A DNA stretch of 64,000 bases from a bacterium (GCA_023269085.1 JAHFML010000001.1:11966-75965), one strand, 5' to 3'. Positions 1 to 9,913 are shown, counted from the first letter of the stretch. Notes: a model not told the origin generated them from the sequence alone. Numbers and translations are program-made.

Positions 1-1723
1 CGGGGGAGGAAGAGGTGGTCGTCGCGGCCTTGGGCCAGGCCTTGGCCGCGACGCCGTGCCCGCCGACATAGGGAGAGTCTTCCGCCTTGAGTGAGTCGAA
101 GAGTGCGCGCATCACGTTCACCGACTGCTCCCCCGCCCCTGACGGCCCGCGCTCAAGCACGACCGCGAAGGCGTACTGTGGGTGCTCGTAGGGAAAGAAT
201 CCTTCGACCCAGGAGTTGTCGTACTGATTGTGCACGCCGGTCTGCGCCGTGCCAGTCTTCGCGGCGACGCTCACATACGGCAGACTGATCGCTTGCGAGA
301 GCGCGCTCACGACGCCCCGCCGCATCCCCGCGCGCACCGTCGCGAGTGCCGACGGGGCGACCGGCACCTTCACTCCGATCGGCGTCTCATTCGCGATAAG
401 CGTCGGTGTGAAGAGCGTTCCGCCGTTCGCAATCGCGGCCGTCGCGCAGGCCATCTGGATCGGCGTCACCTGCATCGAATATTGTCCGATGGCGGTGAAG
501 TAGGTATCGCCCAAGTACCACGATTCGTTGAAGACGGCCTTCTTCCACGCGGGCGTCGGGAGGTTCCCTGCCGCTTCACCGGGCAGGTCGATACTGGTCG
601 TCGTGCCAAGACCGAATTGCCGATACCAATAATTGAGCCGGTCGATACCGAGCCCTTTCTGGCCTTGGAATCCGCCACCGACTTGATAGAAAAAGACATC
701 AGATGACCATGCGATCGCCTTCTCGACGTCGACCGGACCGAGGGCTTTCCATCCGCGATAGATAAAGGTCTTCCCTGGATGATACGGGTCAGGGAGTGAA
801 AGCGAGCCCGGATCGTTGATAACCGTCGCGGGCGTGATGATGCCATCAGTAAGCGCGCCCGCCGCGACAAAAGGCTTCACGATCGATCCTGGCGCATACA
901 CGCCCTGTATCGCGTGATCAAGAAACGGATGTCCTGTGTTAGTGTTGTAGGCCGCGATAGTGCCGGCCGGATTACCGCTCGCCATAACGTTCGCGTCATA
1001 GCTCGGATACGAGACGAGTGCGCGCACGGCACCCGTATTGACATCAAGGATGACACCGGCACCCGCGATAAAGCCGTGTCTGTTTGCGGTGTCGGCAATC
1101 GCCTTCGCGAGATTCTTCTGCAGACCAGCATCGATCGAGAGTGCGAGCGTCCCGCCGTTCTTCGCGGGAATGATCGTACCCGATGATCGCACCTTCCCAT
1201 TCACGTCCGTCTCGGTGAGCTGCTTGCCGTTCTCGCCGGTGAGGAGCGCGTTGTAGCGCGCTTCGAGACCGGTAATACCACGTTCGTCCATGTCATAATA
1301 GACACCATGCGCATCTTTCTTCGGATACGAGACATAGCCCGTCACCTGGCTCAATGACGGAATAGTATACTGTCGTTCTATCGAGCCATCTGCTTGTTCG
1401 ACATTCTCAGCAATAACGACACCCCGCATGTCAGTAATCACGCCGCGAGGCGCGAAGAGTGTCGTCACCGCGAGACTGTTGTGCGCGCTCTCGACGGCAT
1501 AGAGCGCACCATCACGCACTTCGATACTCCACGCACGAATGATAAGAATGCTGAACAGACCGATAAGCACGCCACCTACCATGAGATAAGCCTGCCGCGA
1601 GAGCGGCGTCTCGATACGCCCTTCAAACTGTTGCTGATTGAAGTCCGGCGTATTCGACGAATCGAGGAATATCTCGTCAGGAGCGATTTCTGGATCGTAC
1701 CGCCGCTTCTTCCGCCACATCAT
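1..1723 (-). CDS. mrdA: Penicillin-binding protein 2 (transpeptidase), appears to run off window start
   Basis: Not in the ORF track. Manual translation of segments gives MMWRKKRRYDPEIAPDEIFLDSSN, an SxxK motif (GVYAPGSIVKPF) and a KTG motif (VAAKTGTAQ). Lies downstream of mreBC. Confidence 0.9.
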   Translation of the reverse strand, partial: MMWRKKRRYDPEIAPDEIFLDSSNTPDFNQQQFEGRIETPLSRQAYLMVGGVLIGLFSILIIRAWSIEVRDGALYAVESAHNSLAVTTLFAPRGVITDMRGVVIAENVEQADGSIERQYTIPSLSQVTGYVSYPKKDAHGVYYDMDERGITGLEARYNALLTGENGKQLTETDVNGKVRSSGTIIPAKNGGTLALSIDAGLQKNLAKAIADTANRHGFIAGAGVILDVNTGAVRALVSYPSYDANVMASGNPAGTIAAYNTNTGHPFLDHAIQGVYAPGSIVKPFVAAGALTDGIITPATVINDPGSLSLPDPYHPGKTFIYRGWKALGPVDVEKAIAWSSDVFFYQVGGGFQGQKGLGIDRLNYWYRQFGLGTTTSIDLPGEAAGNLPTPAWKKAVFNESWYLGDTYFTAIGQYSMQVTPIQMACATAAIANGGTLFTPTLIANETPIGVKVPVAPSALATVRAGMRRGVVSALSQAISLPYVSVAAKTGTAQTGVHNQYDNSWVEGFFPYEHPQYAFAVVLERGPSGAGEQSVNVMRALFDSLKAEDSPYVGGHGVAAKAWPKAATTTSSSP

Positions 1724-1974
1724 CCCCTCATACTACTCGTCTGAAGCCGACTACGCACGAAGAGGACAGCGAGAGCCATCCCGAAACCGTATAGCGACCA
1801 CTGCGGCCAAGAACTCGCGTGAGGAGCGTAGTAGATTATGTCCATACCGACGCCGACGATCATCGGTAAGAACGGTTCGACGAAGGCAACGAACACTACG
1901 AGAAGCGCCGTAAATTGCCACGGGAAGACGACCATCGAAATGAGTGCCGCGGTAACAGAGATCGAACGTATCAT
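1720..1974 (-). CDS. Small membrane protein in the mreD position
   Basis: Hydrophobic 84 aa ORF with ATGA overlaps to both mreC and pbp2. Confidence 0.6.
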   Translation of the reverse strand: MIRSISVTAALISMVVFPWQFTALLVVFVAFVEPFLPMIVGVGMDIIYYAPHASSWPQWSLYGFGMALAVLFVRSRLQTSSMRG

Positions 1975-2795
1975 GGGTGCGTTGATGTCGCGAAGGAGAT
2001 CGGCGTGACACCGGTCGCGCGAAGAATGACCACGGTGAGCGCGAAGAGGTTGCTCGCCGGCTCGATGCGAAGTGTATCAGAGGGCGAGAGCGGATCGCTG
2101 TCGACACGTACCACGTTCCCCGCAGCGCGTGCGCCCGGGCCCGGAAGGAATATGGTATCCCCGATCACCACCACCGCCGCCTTCGCCATCGTCGCCTGCC
2201 ACGTGCCGCCGCCAGCCCCGACAAGCGTGACGGCCGTGTTCGCCTTACCGATCCAACCATTCATCGAGATGCCCGGTGCGGTAAAGAGCGTCACTCGGGA
2301 GAAGTCCATAAGCACTTCTGACACTATGCCGATCGGCACGCCCCCATTGCCAAACGCTTCCATACCGAGCGCAACACCGCTTGACGAACCCGCGGCGACC
2401 ACAAGCGTATCGTAGGGGCTCTCGGGCGGGCGCGCGACGACGCCTGCGACAATCCCTGGCTTCTCCTCCGGCGCTTCTCCGATGAGCGCCGTGAGATTCT
2501 CCACCTTAGCGAGCAGTGTCTTATTCTCTTGCACGAGCGTGAGGTTCTGCTCTCTCTGCGAGTCGCGTTCAGCAGAGAGCGCGACCGTATTGCCAAACGA
2601 GTTCAAGAATGAGTGCACCGCGATAACGGAAGCGTCTGCCGTGCGGAATATCGGCGCGGTCGCCTGCCAAAAGAAATTAGGCGTGAGAAATCGCAGGGCA
2701 ACGAACATGACAAAGACGAATCCGGCAAGCACGGCTCGAAAGGCGCTCTTCGATGAGAGCAGCGCGTTACGCTTCGCTAAGAATATCCTCTTCAT
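1971..2795 (-). CDS. mreC: Rod shape-determining protein MreC
   Basis: N-terminal TM, coiled coil, RPPESPYDTLVV...G..SGV..G motif; follows mreB. Confidence 0.9.
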   Translation of the reverse strand: MKRIFLAKRNALLSSKSAFRAVLAGFVFVMFVALRFLTPNFFWQATAPIFRTADASVIAVHSFLNSFGNTVALSAERDSQREQNLTLVQENKTLLAKVENLTALIGEAPEEKPGIVAGVVARPPESPYDTLVVAAGSSSGVALGMEAFGNGGVPIGIVSEVLMDFSRVTLFTAPGISMNGWIGKANTAVTLVGAGGGTWQATMAKAAVVVIGDTIFLPGPGARAAGNVVRVDSDPLSPSDTLRIEPASNLFALTVVILRATGVTPISFATSTHP

Positions 2796-3819
2796 CGATG
2801 AAAAATTCTTCGTAGGGCTCGGGGTTCTCGGTCACGATGCCCGCGCCGCGCACAACCGCGGTGAGCGGGTCGGGAGCGACATGCACGGGGACCCCGAGCA
2901 TCTTCGCGAGCATCTCGGGGAGGCCGCGCAAGAGCGCCCCGCCGCCGAAGACCGTCACGCCGTGCTGGAGCACGTCTGAGAGGAGCTCGGGTGGCGTCGC
3001 CTCGATGACCTCTTTCATCGCGTCCATGAGCGCGTCGAGCGAGGGCGTGAGCGCGTCGCGGATATGCGCGTCGGTGAGCACGACCTCGCGCGGGAGACCG
3101 GTCGCGAGATCGCGGCCGCGGATACTCCGAGTGAGCGTCTCGCCAAGCGGCATCACCGAACCGATATCGATCTTGACCTCCTCGGCGGTCCGCTCGCCGA
3201 TGCCGAGCTTAAACTCGCTCCGCACATAGTCGATAATATTTTCATTGAAGCGATCGCCCGCGACCTGCGAGCTCTTCGAGGCGACGACGCCCTTGAGCGC
3301 GATGACGGCGATGTCGGTCGTCCCGCCGCCGATGTCGAGCACCATGGTGCCGACCGCCTCCGCCACCGGCAGCTTCGCGCCGATAGCGCCCGCAACCGGC
3401 TCTTCGAGAATGATAGCCTCTCGCGCACCCGCGTTCTTGGCGGCATCGCGCACCGCGCGGCTCTGCACGTTGGTCACGCCGGTCGGCACGCCGATCACGA
3501 TACGCGGGCCGAAGAGCCGCGTGCGGCCGCCCTGCGCTTTGTTGATGAGATACGAGAGCAACTCCTCGGTCACTTCGAAGTCAGAGATGACGCCGTGAGA
3601 GAGCGGCCGCACGGCGCGGATATGCGCAGGCGTCTTCCCCGACATTATCTTCGCCTCCTTCCCCACCGCGACCACTTGGTGCGTCTTGTCGTTGACCGCG
3701 ACAACCGAAGGTTCGTTGATCACGACGCCCTTCCCGCGCACATAGACGAGCGTATTCGCGGTCCCGAGATCGATCGCGATATCGTTGCTGAAGAAGGTGC
3801 TCTTCGAGAATCGGGCCAT
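2767..3819 (-). CDS. mreB: Rod shape-determining protein MreB
   Basis: IAIDLGTANT, EPSVVA, DIGGGTTD, GGGALL motifs. Confidence 0.97.
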   Translation of the reverse strand: MARFSKSTFFSNDIAIDLGTANTLVYVRGKGVVINEPSVVAVNDKTHQVVAVGKEAKIMSGKTPAHIRAVRPLSHGVISDFEVTEELLSYLINKAQGGRTRLFGPRIVIGVPTGVTNVQSRAVRDAAKNAGAREAIILEEPVAGAIGAKLPVAEAVGTMVLDIGGGTTDIAVIALKGVVASKSSQVAGDRFNENIIDYVRSEFKLGIGERTAEEVKIDIGSVMPLGETLTRSIRGRDLATGLPREVVLTDAHIRDALTPSLDALMDAMKEVIEATPPELLSDVLQHGVTVFGGGALLRGLPEMLAKMLGVPVHVAPDPLTAVVRGAGIVTENPEPYEEFFIDEEDILSEA

Positions 3820-3830
3820 AAAAATAGGCG

Positions 3831-5075
3831 CTAGGCGCTAGGCGCTAATAACGCCTCACGTGATTTCTTTTCAACTTTTCCCGTCGCCCGATCGACCACC
3901 TCGAAGACGCCACTCGCGACCGCCTCGCGACCGACGATGACGCGCTTCGGGATGCCGAGTAGATCGCTCTCGGCAAATTTCTCGCCCGCGCGCAGGTCGC
4001 GATCATCGTACAAGACCTCGACACCGGCTTTTTGCAAATCGACATACAGCGCCTCAGCGACTTTTGAGATTTCATCATCACCCTTACCGAGGGAGACGAG
4101 ATGCACCGCAAAGGGCGCGACGCTCAGGGACCAGACGAGGCCTTTTTCGTCGCCAAATGTTTCTGCGATGACACCCATGAGGCGCGAGATGCCGATGCCG
4201 AAACAGCCCATGATCGGGAGTTGGTCCTTCCCCTCCCTATCTTTATACGTGAACGAAAAATCTTTGGCATATTTTGTACCAAGATCAAAAATGTTGCCTA
4301 CCTCGGAAGCCTTCGCGCGCGAAAGTTCTCCCGCGTTACAACGGGTGCAAGCGTTGCCTTCTTTCTGATCGCTGATCTCAGCGTTGACGCAATAGGAGCA
4401 GTGATTGCAATACAAAATGTCATCTTCACCCGCGTCGGTGAGCACCATGAATTCATACGAGAGCTTCGTCGTGAACGCGCCTCCTGACGCTTCGGTCGCC
4501 TTCGCAATTAGGCCGAGGCGTGAGTATATTTTCAAATAGGCTTCTTTCACCTCTGCATAGAACCGATCGAAATCTTCTTGTGTCTCGTGGAAGGAGTACA
4601 TGTCCTTCATCGTGAACTCGCGACCGCGCATGATGCCGCTCTTGGCGCGGAGCTCATCGCGGTATTTCTGCCCGATCTGATAGATGGCAACGGGCAGATC
4701 TTTATACGAAGTGAGATATTCGCGCGCGATCGGCGTCACTATTTCTTCTTCGCTCTGGCCGACTGTGTACTCCTTTTCAGTTCGACTCATGAGTTTGAAC
4801 ACGACATCGACTGAATCCCACGCGCCCGTCTGCTTCCACGGCTCGCTCGGGTGCAGAGTCGCCATGCGAATCTCTTGTCCTCCAACCGCATCCATCTCTT
4901 CGCGCACGACACGCTCAATCTTTTCGAGCACGCGGCGACCAAGCGGCAGATACGAATAGACACCCGCCATCTCCTTGTGCACGAAGCCCGCGCGCACGAG
5001 GAGCTGGGCGTTCTTCGAGACTTCGTCGGCGGGTGCCTCCCGCCGCGCCTTGGTGAAGAGCTGTGATTGTCGCAT
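3831..5075 (-). CDS. proS: Prolyl-tRNA synthetase (short form without editing domain)
   Basis: MRQSQLF start, MRGREFTMKDMYSF, MGCFGIGISR, anticodon domain DDRDLRAGEKF; start placed at ATG 5075. Confidence 0.95.
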   Translation of the reverse strand: MRQSQLFTKARREAPADEVSKNAQLLVRAGFVHKEMAGVYSYLPLGRRVLEKIERVVREEMDAVGGQEIRMATLHPSEPWKQTGAWDSVDVVFKLMSRTEKEYTVGQSEEEIVTPIAREYLTSYKDLPVAIYQIGQKYRDELRAKSGIMRGREFTMKDMYSFHETQEDFDRFYAEVKEAYLKIYSRLGLIAKATEASGGAFTTKLSYEFMVLTDAGEDDILYCNHCSYCVNAEISDQKEGNACTRCNAGELSRAKASEVGNIFDLGTKYAKDFSFTYKDREGKDQLPIMGCFGIGISRLMGVIAETFGDEKGLVWSLSVAPFAVHLVSLGKGDDEISKVAEALYVDLQKAGVEVLYDDRDLRAGEKFAESDLLGIPKRVIVGREAVASGVFEVVDRATGKVEKKSREALLAPSA

Positions 5076-5105
5076 GCTCTGTAGTATACGCCCGCTTAGT
5101 GCGCA

Positions 5106-5163
5106 GAGCAAAACAAGGTCGAACCTTAAATCCGAATCCTCAAGGTTCGACCTTGTTTTGCTC
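5106..5163. repeat. Palindromic element family B (paired AAGGTCGAACCTT / AAGGTTCGACCTT), intergenic copy
   Basis: 22-bp perfect inverted repeat; same unit at 10228 and 63732. Confidence 0.85.
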
Positions 5164-6259
5164 ACCCAACAATCTTGAAAATGTCGTGGGCGGTGATGAC
5201 GAGCATGAGGAGGATGAGGAAGGCGAAACTCACGGCATTTACATTTTGTGCGATGCGCGCTTTGATCGGGCATCGGGTGATACCTTCGATAATCACGAAG
5301 AGGAGACGACCGCCGTCGAGTGCAGGGATAGGGATGAGGTTGATGAGGGCGAGATTAATCGAGATAATAGCCATGATTGAAAGGAGATCGCCGATACCTT
5401 GTGCCGACGCGTTCCCGACGACGCCCGCGATGCCGACCGGCCCCGAGACCTGCGAGAGATCAGCCGAGAAGGTGAAGACGCCGTAGAAGAAATGCGCGAG
5501 CCCGGTCGCGGTGAGCACCGTCGCGCCCCACGTGAGCGACGCGCCTTGCACGAGTGACTCGGTGAAGGAGAGCGGCACGACCCCGATGGTCGCCACCGAG
5601 ACCCCGAGCGCGTAGCGCGAGGGGTCAGCGGGAACGACGCCCGCCGCGGGCGCCGCGACGACACTCTTCTCTTGCCCGTTACGCTTCACCTCAAGCGTGA
5701 CCTCGTGCCCGTCGCTCGCGGCGATGAAGGTCGAGAAGCTCTTCGGGTCGGCGGCATGCCACGCTCCCAGCATGTCCGGCGTGTTCACCACCACTTTAAG
5801 AATCGAGTCGCCCGGGAGAAGCCCAGCGCGCGCGGCGGGAGAACCGGGGAGCACGTCGGCGACCGCGAGCTCTGTGTGCGTCGCGGTCGCGACCTCGCTC
5901 TCGTCGAGCGCGCGCGGCGTGCCCGCGACAAGCGCGCCCGTGATGAGCACATACGCGAAGAGCATGTTCATCGCGATGCCAGCGACCAGCACGACGGCTT
6001 GCAAGATACGCGGCTTTGACGTGAACGAACGTTCGCCCTCTGCGCCGTCTTCGCCATATATCCGCACGAAGCCGCCGAAGGGCAGCCAGTTGAGCGTGTA
6101 CTCGGTCCCGCCCCACTTCCCTATCGTGAGAGCCTTCGGCGGGTAGCCAAGGCCGAACTCGTCGACGCGCATGCCCGAGAGCTTCGCGGCGATGAAGTGC
6201 CCGAGCTCATGCACCACGATGAGCGCAACGATGACAATGACAAAAATGAGGATATGCAT
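5162..6259 (-). CDS. rseP: RIP metalloprotease RseP (M50, PDZ)
   Basis: HELGH, NLIPIPALDGG, PDZ-like SPAARAGL. Confidence 0.95.
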   Translation of the reverse strand: MHILIFVIVIVALIVVHELGHFIAAKLSGMRVDEFGLGYPPKALTIGKWGGTEYTLNWLPFGGFVRIYGEDGAEGERSFTSKPRILQAVVLVAGIAMNMLFAYVLITGALVAGTPRALDESEVATATHTELAVADVLPGSPAARAGLLPGDSILKVVVNTPDMLGAWHAADPKSFSTFIAASDGHEVTLEVKRNGQEKSVVAAPAAGVVPADPSRYALGVSVATIGVVPLSFTESLVQGASLTWGATVLTATGLAHFFYGVFTFSADLSQVSGPVGIAGVVGNASAQGIGDLLSIMAIISINLALINLIPIPALDGGRLLFVIIEGITRCPIKARIAQNVNAVSFAFLILLMLVITAHDIFKIVG

Positions 6260-6265
6260 TATTTA

Positions 6266-6817
6266 TTACTGTGCTATTTCGGTCTCCTTTTTCTCCAGAT
6301 GCTTGGCGAAGGAGTCGTTGCCAAGGTCGATGAGCTTCTGCACCTCGGTCTTGAGCCGTGCGACTTCGTCCTTGCCCATGCCGCCCTCCTTCTCGGCGGC
6401 GTCGAGCGCCTTGATAGCGTCGGTGCGATGTCCGCGGAGCGTCACGCGCGCCTGTTCGGTGCGGTCGCCCGCGATCTTCGAGAGCTGGGTGCGTCGTTCG
6501 CTCGTGAGCTCGGGGAATGAGACTCGCAAGCCCTGATCGTCCGTCGAGACACCGACGCCGAGATCTGCTTCGACAATCGCCTTCTCGACTGCTTTGGTAA
6601 GTGACTTGTCCCACGGGACGATGCGGAGCGTGCGGGCGTCTTCGACCGAGATCGCCGCGATATCGCGAAGCGGCGAGCGCGTGCCATAGGCCTCGGCCTT
6701 GACCCCGTCGAGCAGGGTCGGCGTCGCGCGGCCCGTGCGCACGCCCGAGAGCTCGCGCCCGAGCCACTCCTCGGTTTCGCTAATCTGCTCCTTCAATTTT
6801 GAAAAGTCGTATGCCAT
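6266..6817 (-). CDS. frr: Ribosome recycling factor
   Basis: RTGRATP, FPELTSERR motifs. Confidence 0.96.
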   Translation of the reverse strand: MAYDFSKLKEQISETEEWLGRELSGVRTGRATPTLLDGVKAEAYGTRSPLRDIAAISVEDARTLRIVPWDKSLTKAVEKAIVEADLGVGVSTDDQGLRVSFPELTSERRTQLSKIAGDRTEQARVTLRGHRTDAIKALDAAEKEGGMGKDEVARLKTEVQKLIDLGNDSFAKHLEKKETEIAQ

Positions 6818-6826
6818 ATGTGTGGA

Positions 6827-7528
6827 TTATAGCAGACCCTGCGGCGTCACGAGCGAGAGGTGTTCGAGAATCATCTTGACCGGCGCCGAACGGTCGTAGA
6901 GATACCCGCGCAGAGTTGCGATGTCGGACAAAAGCGCCGTGTGTCTTTGTATCGAAGTCTGACTTCGATACGCGGCCACCTCGATACCGTTCAGGAGCGC
7001 GATAGCCTCGTCGCGGTGCGCGCGACGCTCATCGTCATCCTTCCCACTCGCAAGCTTCTTCGCGATAGTGGTGCGCTTTTCTTTTGTCGCGGTGATGAAT
7101 TCTCGCGCGATCTCGGGAATAATGTGGGACATCGTAAGTCCCACATTGGATGTAGGACTTACGATGTCCGACATTGAGAGCACCTGCACGCGGGAGCGAA
7201 GCGTCGGCAAGAGCCCGCCGAGTGTCGGGAAGATGAGGAAGAGATGCGTGCCAAAAGGCGGCTCCTCGAAGACTTTGAGGAGCGCATTTTGCGCTTCGTG
7301 ATAGGCACGCGAAGCCGCGATGATAATCACGCGATGCTCACCCGCGAATGCCGCCCCCGCGGCGAGCTCCGTTACTCGCCGCGCATCTGCGACCGAGAAG
7401 AGACCGTACTGCAAAACGACTACATCGGGATTCCCCTCCGCTTTCATGCCCAAGTCGCGCTCGGCAAAGCCGAGCGCGACTGCTATCCCTTCCTCTGCCT
7501 CTCCCTCTATGACAAACGCGTGGTGCAT
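6827..7528 (-). CDS. holB: DNA polymerase III delta-prime-like protein
   Basis: EAQNALLKVFEEPP and LLPTLRSR motifs; carries an in-frame palindromic insert. Confidence 0.75.
   Translation of the reverse strand: MHHAFVIEGEAEEGIAVALGFAERDLGMKAEGNPDVVVLQYGLFSVADARRVTELAAGAAFAGEHRVIIIAASRAYHEAQNALLKVFEEPPFGTHLFLIFPTLGGLLPTLRSRVQVLSMSDIVSPTSNVGLTMSHIIPEIAREFITATKEKRTTIAKKLASGKDDDERRAHRDEAIALLNGIEVAAYRSQTSIQRHTALLSDIATLRGYLYDRSAPVKMILEHLSLVTPQGLL
7121..7174. repeat. REP-like inverted doublet inside the holB-like CDS
   Basis: AATGTGGGAC-ATCGTAA-GTCCCACATT followed by ATGTAGGAC-TTACGAT-GTCCGACAT. Confidence 0.75.
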
Positions 7529-7568
7529 CTGTCGATTATAGCTTGCTTTCCCCCACCCGCGTGGCGCT

Positions 7569-7597
7569 TGACTTTTTGTAGTGAGTGTGGTAGCTTA
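7569..7597 (+). promoter_or_regulatory. Sigma70-like promoter
   Basis: TTGACT-17 bp-TAGCTT upstream of ORF 7643. Confidence 0.5.
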
Positions 7598-7642
7598 TCC
7601 TCACGGACTAATGTTGGTCCGTGCAACCGAATGGAGTCAATC

Positions 7643-7873
7643 ATGTTGACCGAAGAGAGAAAAGGCCAAATCGCTCTGTTGTTCCTGAAAGACAAGATCC
7701 GTAACGAGGGTCTCAAGTTAAGTAAGGACAATAAGCGTCAAATCGGTAATACCGCCAAGTCGCTCGGCATCAATCCCGAAGAGGCAACGGAATTCGCCGA
7801 ATTGTTGGTGCGGGAATTCGTGGACGAAGTCTTTCCGCCAAAGGAAATGACTTGCAATAAGGTCCGGACATAA
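7643..7873 (+). CDS. Small hypothetical protein
   Basis: GGAG Shine-Dalgarno before ATG; own promoter and downstream terminator. Confidence 0.65.
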   Translation: MLTEERKGQIALLFLKDKIRNEGLKLSKDNKRQIGNTAKSLGINPEEATEFAELLVREFVDEVFPPKEMTCNKVRT

Positions 7874-7972
7874 TCTGTCAGCGACAGGGTGAGCCATGAG
7901 GCTCCTAAACGGGTAATTGTACCTCCTCTCTTTTGAGAGCAAGGACAGAACAAGAACCGCGCCCCTCGCTTT

Positions 7973-8001
7973 AGGCCGCTCGCTTGCGAGCGGCCTTTTT
8001 C
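7973..8001. terminator. Intrinsic terminator between convergent genes
   Basis: AGGCCGCTCGC-TT-GCGAGCGGCCT plus T tract. Confidence 0.7.
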
Positions 8002-8005
8002 GTTC

Positions 8006-9031
8006 TTACTGCTTCGCCAAGATGCTTTTTTGATAGGTGTTCAAATGCTTGAGCGCAATGCCGGTACCGCGCGCGACGCAGTAGTAGGGGTCTACAGCAA
8101 GCTTCGCGATGACGCCCGTGCGGCGGAACATGAGCTCGGGCATCTGGCGCAATTGCGACGAGCCGCCCGTGAGGATGATGCCGTTGTCGATGATGTCGGC
8201 CGCGAGCTCGGGCGGCGTATCTTGAAGCACTTTGCGCACCGCGTGCGTCATCTCGCGGAGCTCGCGCGCCATCGCCTGCACGATGTCGTTGCTCGAGATC
8301 TCGACCGTGCGCGGGAGGCCCGAGATCATGTCGCGCCCTTTGACCGCCATCGTGAGCTCTTCGGTCAAGGGCACCGCCGCGCCGATAGTTATCTTCACCT
8401 CCTCGGCCGTCTTGTCGCCGATCGAGAGATTGTGATGCTTCTTCACATGGTCGACGATGGCGCGATCGAGCCTATTCCCCGCACACTTCACGCTGGTCGA
8501 GGCGACGATACCGCCGAGCGAGATCACCGCGACATCGATCGTCCCGCCGCCGATGTCCGCGACCATGCGCCCCATCGGCTCGTGAATAGGGATGCCCGCA
8601 CCGATAGCCGCGAGGATAGGCTCCTTGACCACATACGCATTCTTCGCCCCCGCCTTGAGCGCCGCTTCGATGACCGCCCGCTTCTCGGTCGAGGTGACGC
8701 CTGCCGGCACCGAGACGAGCACCGTCGGCTTGAAAGGATTCATTCCGAGCGCGCGCCGCATGAAGTAGCGCAACATCGCCTCGGTCACGCGATAGTCCGC
8801 GATAACGCCGTCCTTCATCGGGCGATAGGCGATGATGTCCTCGTGCGTGCGGCCGATCATCTTCTTGGCTTCGAGGCCAATGGCGAGGATCTTGTTCTTG
8901 CCGCGGAGCCCGCGCTCGCGCGAGACTGCAACAACCGAGGGCTCGTTGATCACCACCCCCTTGCCGGGGACGAAAACGAGGACATTCGTTGTGCCAAGAT
9001 CGATACCAAGCTTTGGGGAAAACCAACTCAT
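8006..9031 (-). CDS. mreB: MreB/Mbl paralog
   Basis: LGIDLGTTN, RPMKDGVIADY, DIGGGT, TGGSSQL. Confidence 0.95.
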   Translation of the reverse strand: MSWFSPKLGIDLGTTNVLVFVPGKGVVINEPSVVAVSRERGLRGKNKILAIGLEAKKMIGRTHEDIIAYRPMKDGVIADYRVTEAMLRYFMRRALGMNPFKPTVLVSVPAGVTSTEKRAVIEAALKAGAKNAYVVKEPILAAIGAGIPIHEPMGRMVADIGGGTIDVAVISLGGIVASTSVKCAGNRLDRAIVDHVKKHHNLSIGDKTAEEVKITIGAAVPLTEELTMAVKGRDMISGLPRTVEISSNDIVQAMARELREMTHAVRKVLQDTPPELAADIIDNGIILTGGSSQLRQMPELMFRRTGVIAKLAVDPYYCVARGTGIALKHLNTYQKSILAKQ

Positions 9032-9174
9032 TGCGGTAATGGTACACTACTCCTCATGCAAGGCGAAATGAACTTCAGCATCGAGGGCGGGTTGTCGCTC
9101 TCCGGTACGATGGCGCTACGGTATGACGCAAAACGAAACCGACTGTCTCCAGCCGGTTTATTTCGTCTTTAGTT

Positions 9175-9396
9175 TCAGTTCCTCCTTCTTGCTTCTTCCC
9201 GGAGGGCTTCTACCCTGTCTTCGGCAATATCGAAATCTTTAGTCGCCTCCGCAAGCTTAGAAACTTCGTGACCGACACCTTCATGGATGAGCCTCGCGAC
9301 CTGTTCTGAGCATCTTTTTGCTTCAGAAACAGCTTGGCCCAAGCGCGTCATGAGATTATCTTCCTTCAGCAACAAGTCTTTCATAATGAACTCCAA
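9175..9396 (-). CDS. Small coiled-coil hypothetical protein
   Basis: 73 aa ORF; GGAG SD before an internal ATG; structured upstream region. Confidence 0.5.
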   Translation of the reverse strand: MEFIMKDLLLKEDNLMTRLGQAVSEAKRCSEQVARLIHEGVGHEVSKLAEATKDFDIAEDRVEALREEARRRN

Positions 9397-9619
9397 AGAA
9401 CTAACCGTTTTCAGACTACCCTTCTAGGAAGGGATTCGCAATACGCACAGCGCGAGACTTTGGTAGTTATGTCCTCGCCAAGCAAGTCATCGAAGACCTC
9501 GTTGCCGCTCGAGTGATTGGTCTCGGATCCGCGAGCTGATGCTCGCCCGAATACCGGCGACCCTTCCCAGGGTCGCCGGAGTTGTTTTTATCCTGCGCCG
9601 ATGCGAGTACAATGAGCCT

Positions 9620-9904
9620 ATGAAATCCATCGGCGAGATGATGCCGGAGTTTGAGCGAAGACAGACGGCCGCGCCGAAGGGGCGGAAGCGTCTCACCGAG
9701 CGCGGTGAGCTGATGAAGTTTTTTTTACGCCATGTGAATCACGCCCGAGCGCGCGACGGCCTTGAGCCGATGACCATGGCGCACATGGGCGTCACGCTCG
9801 AGCAGATCCCGACGGCCGATCTCTATTATCTGAAAAGCGTTTGCAGTCAGGCTAAAGATTTCTCCAAGCGCTTCTGGTGGGAGCTCGACCCCGACAAACA
9901 CTAA
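9620..9904 (+). CDS. Hypothetical protein
   Basis: TACAAT 6 nt before ATG; LYYLKSVC...FSKRFWW C-terminus. Confidence 0.7.
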   Translation: MKSIGEMMPEFERRQTAAPKGRKRLTERGELMKFFLRHVNHARARDGLEPMTMAHMGVTLEQIPTADLYYLKSVCSQAKDFSKRFWWELDPDKH

Positions 9905-9913
9905 CCTTGGCAA

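Noticed and set aside
3825-3847. TAGGCGC x3 tandem repeat at the proS stop
   Set aside because: Short and single-locus; no evidence of phase variation
5076-5273. N-terminal extension of proS in the ORF track
   Set aside because: Overlaps rseP and the family B repeat; the conserved start and -10 box point to ATG 5075
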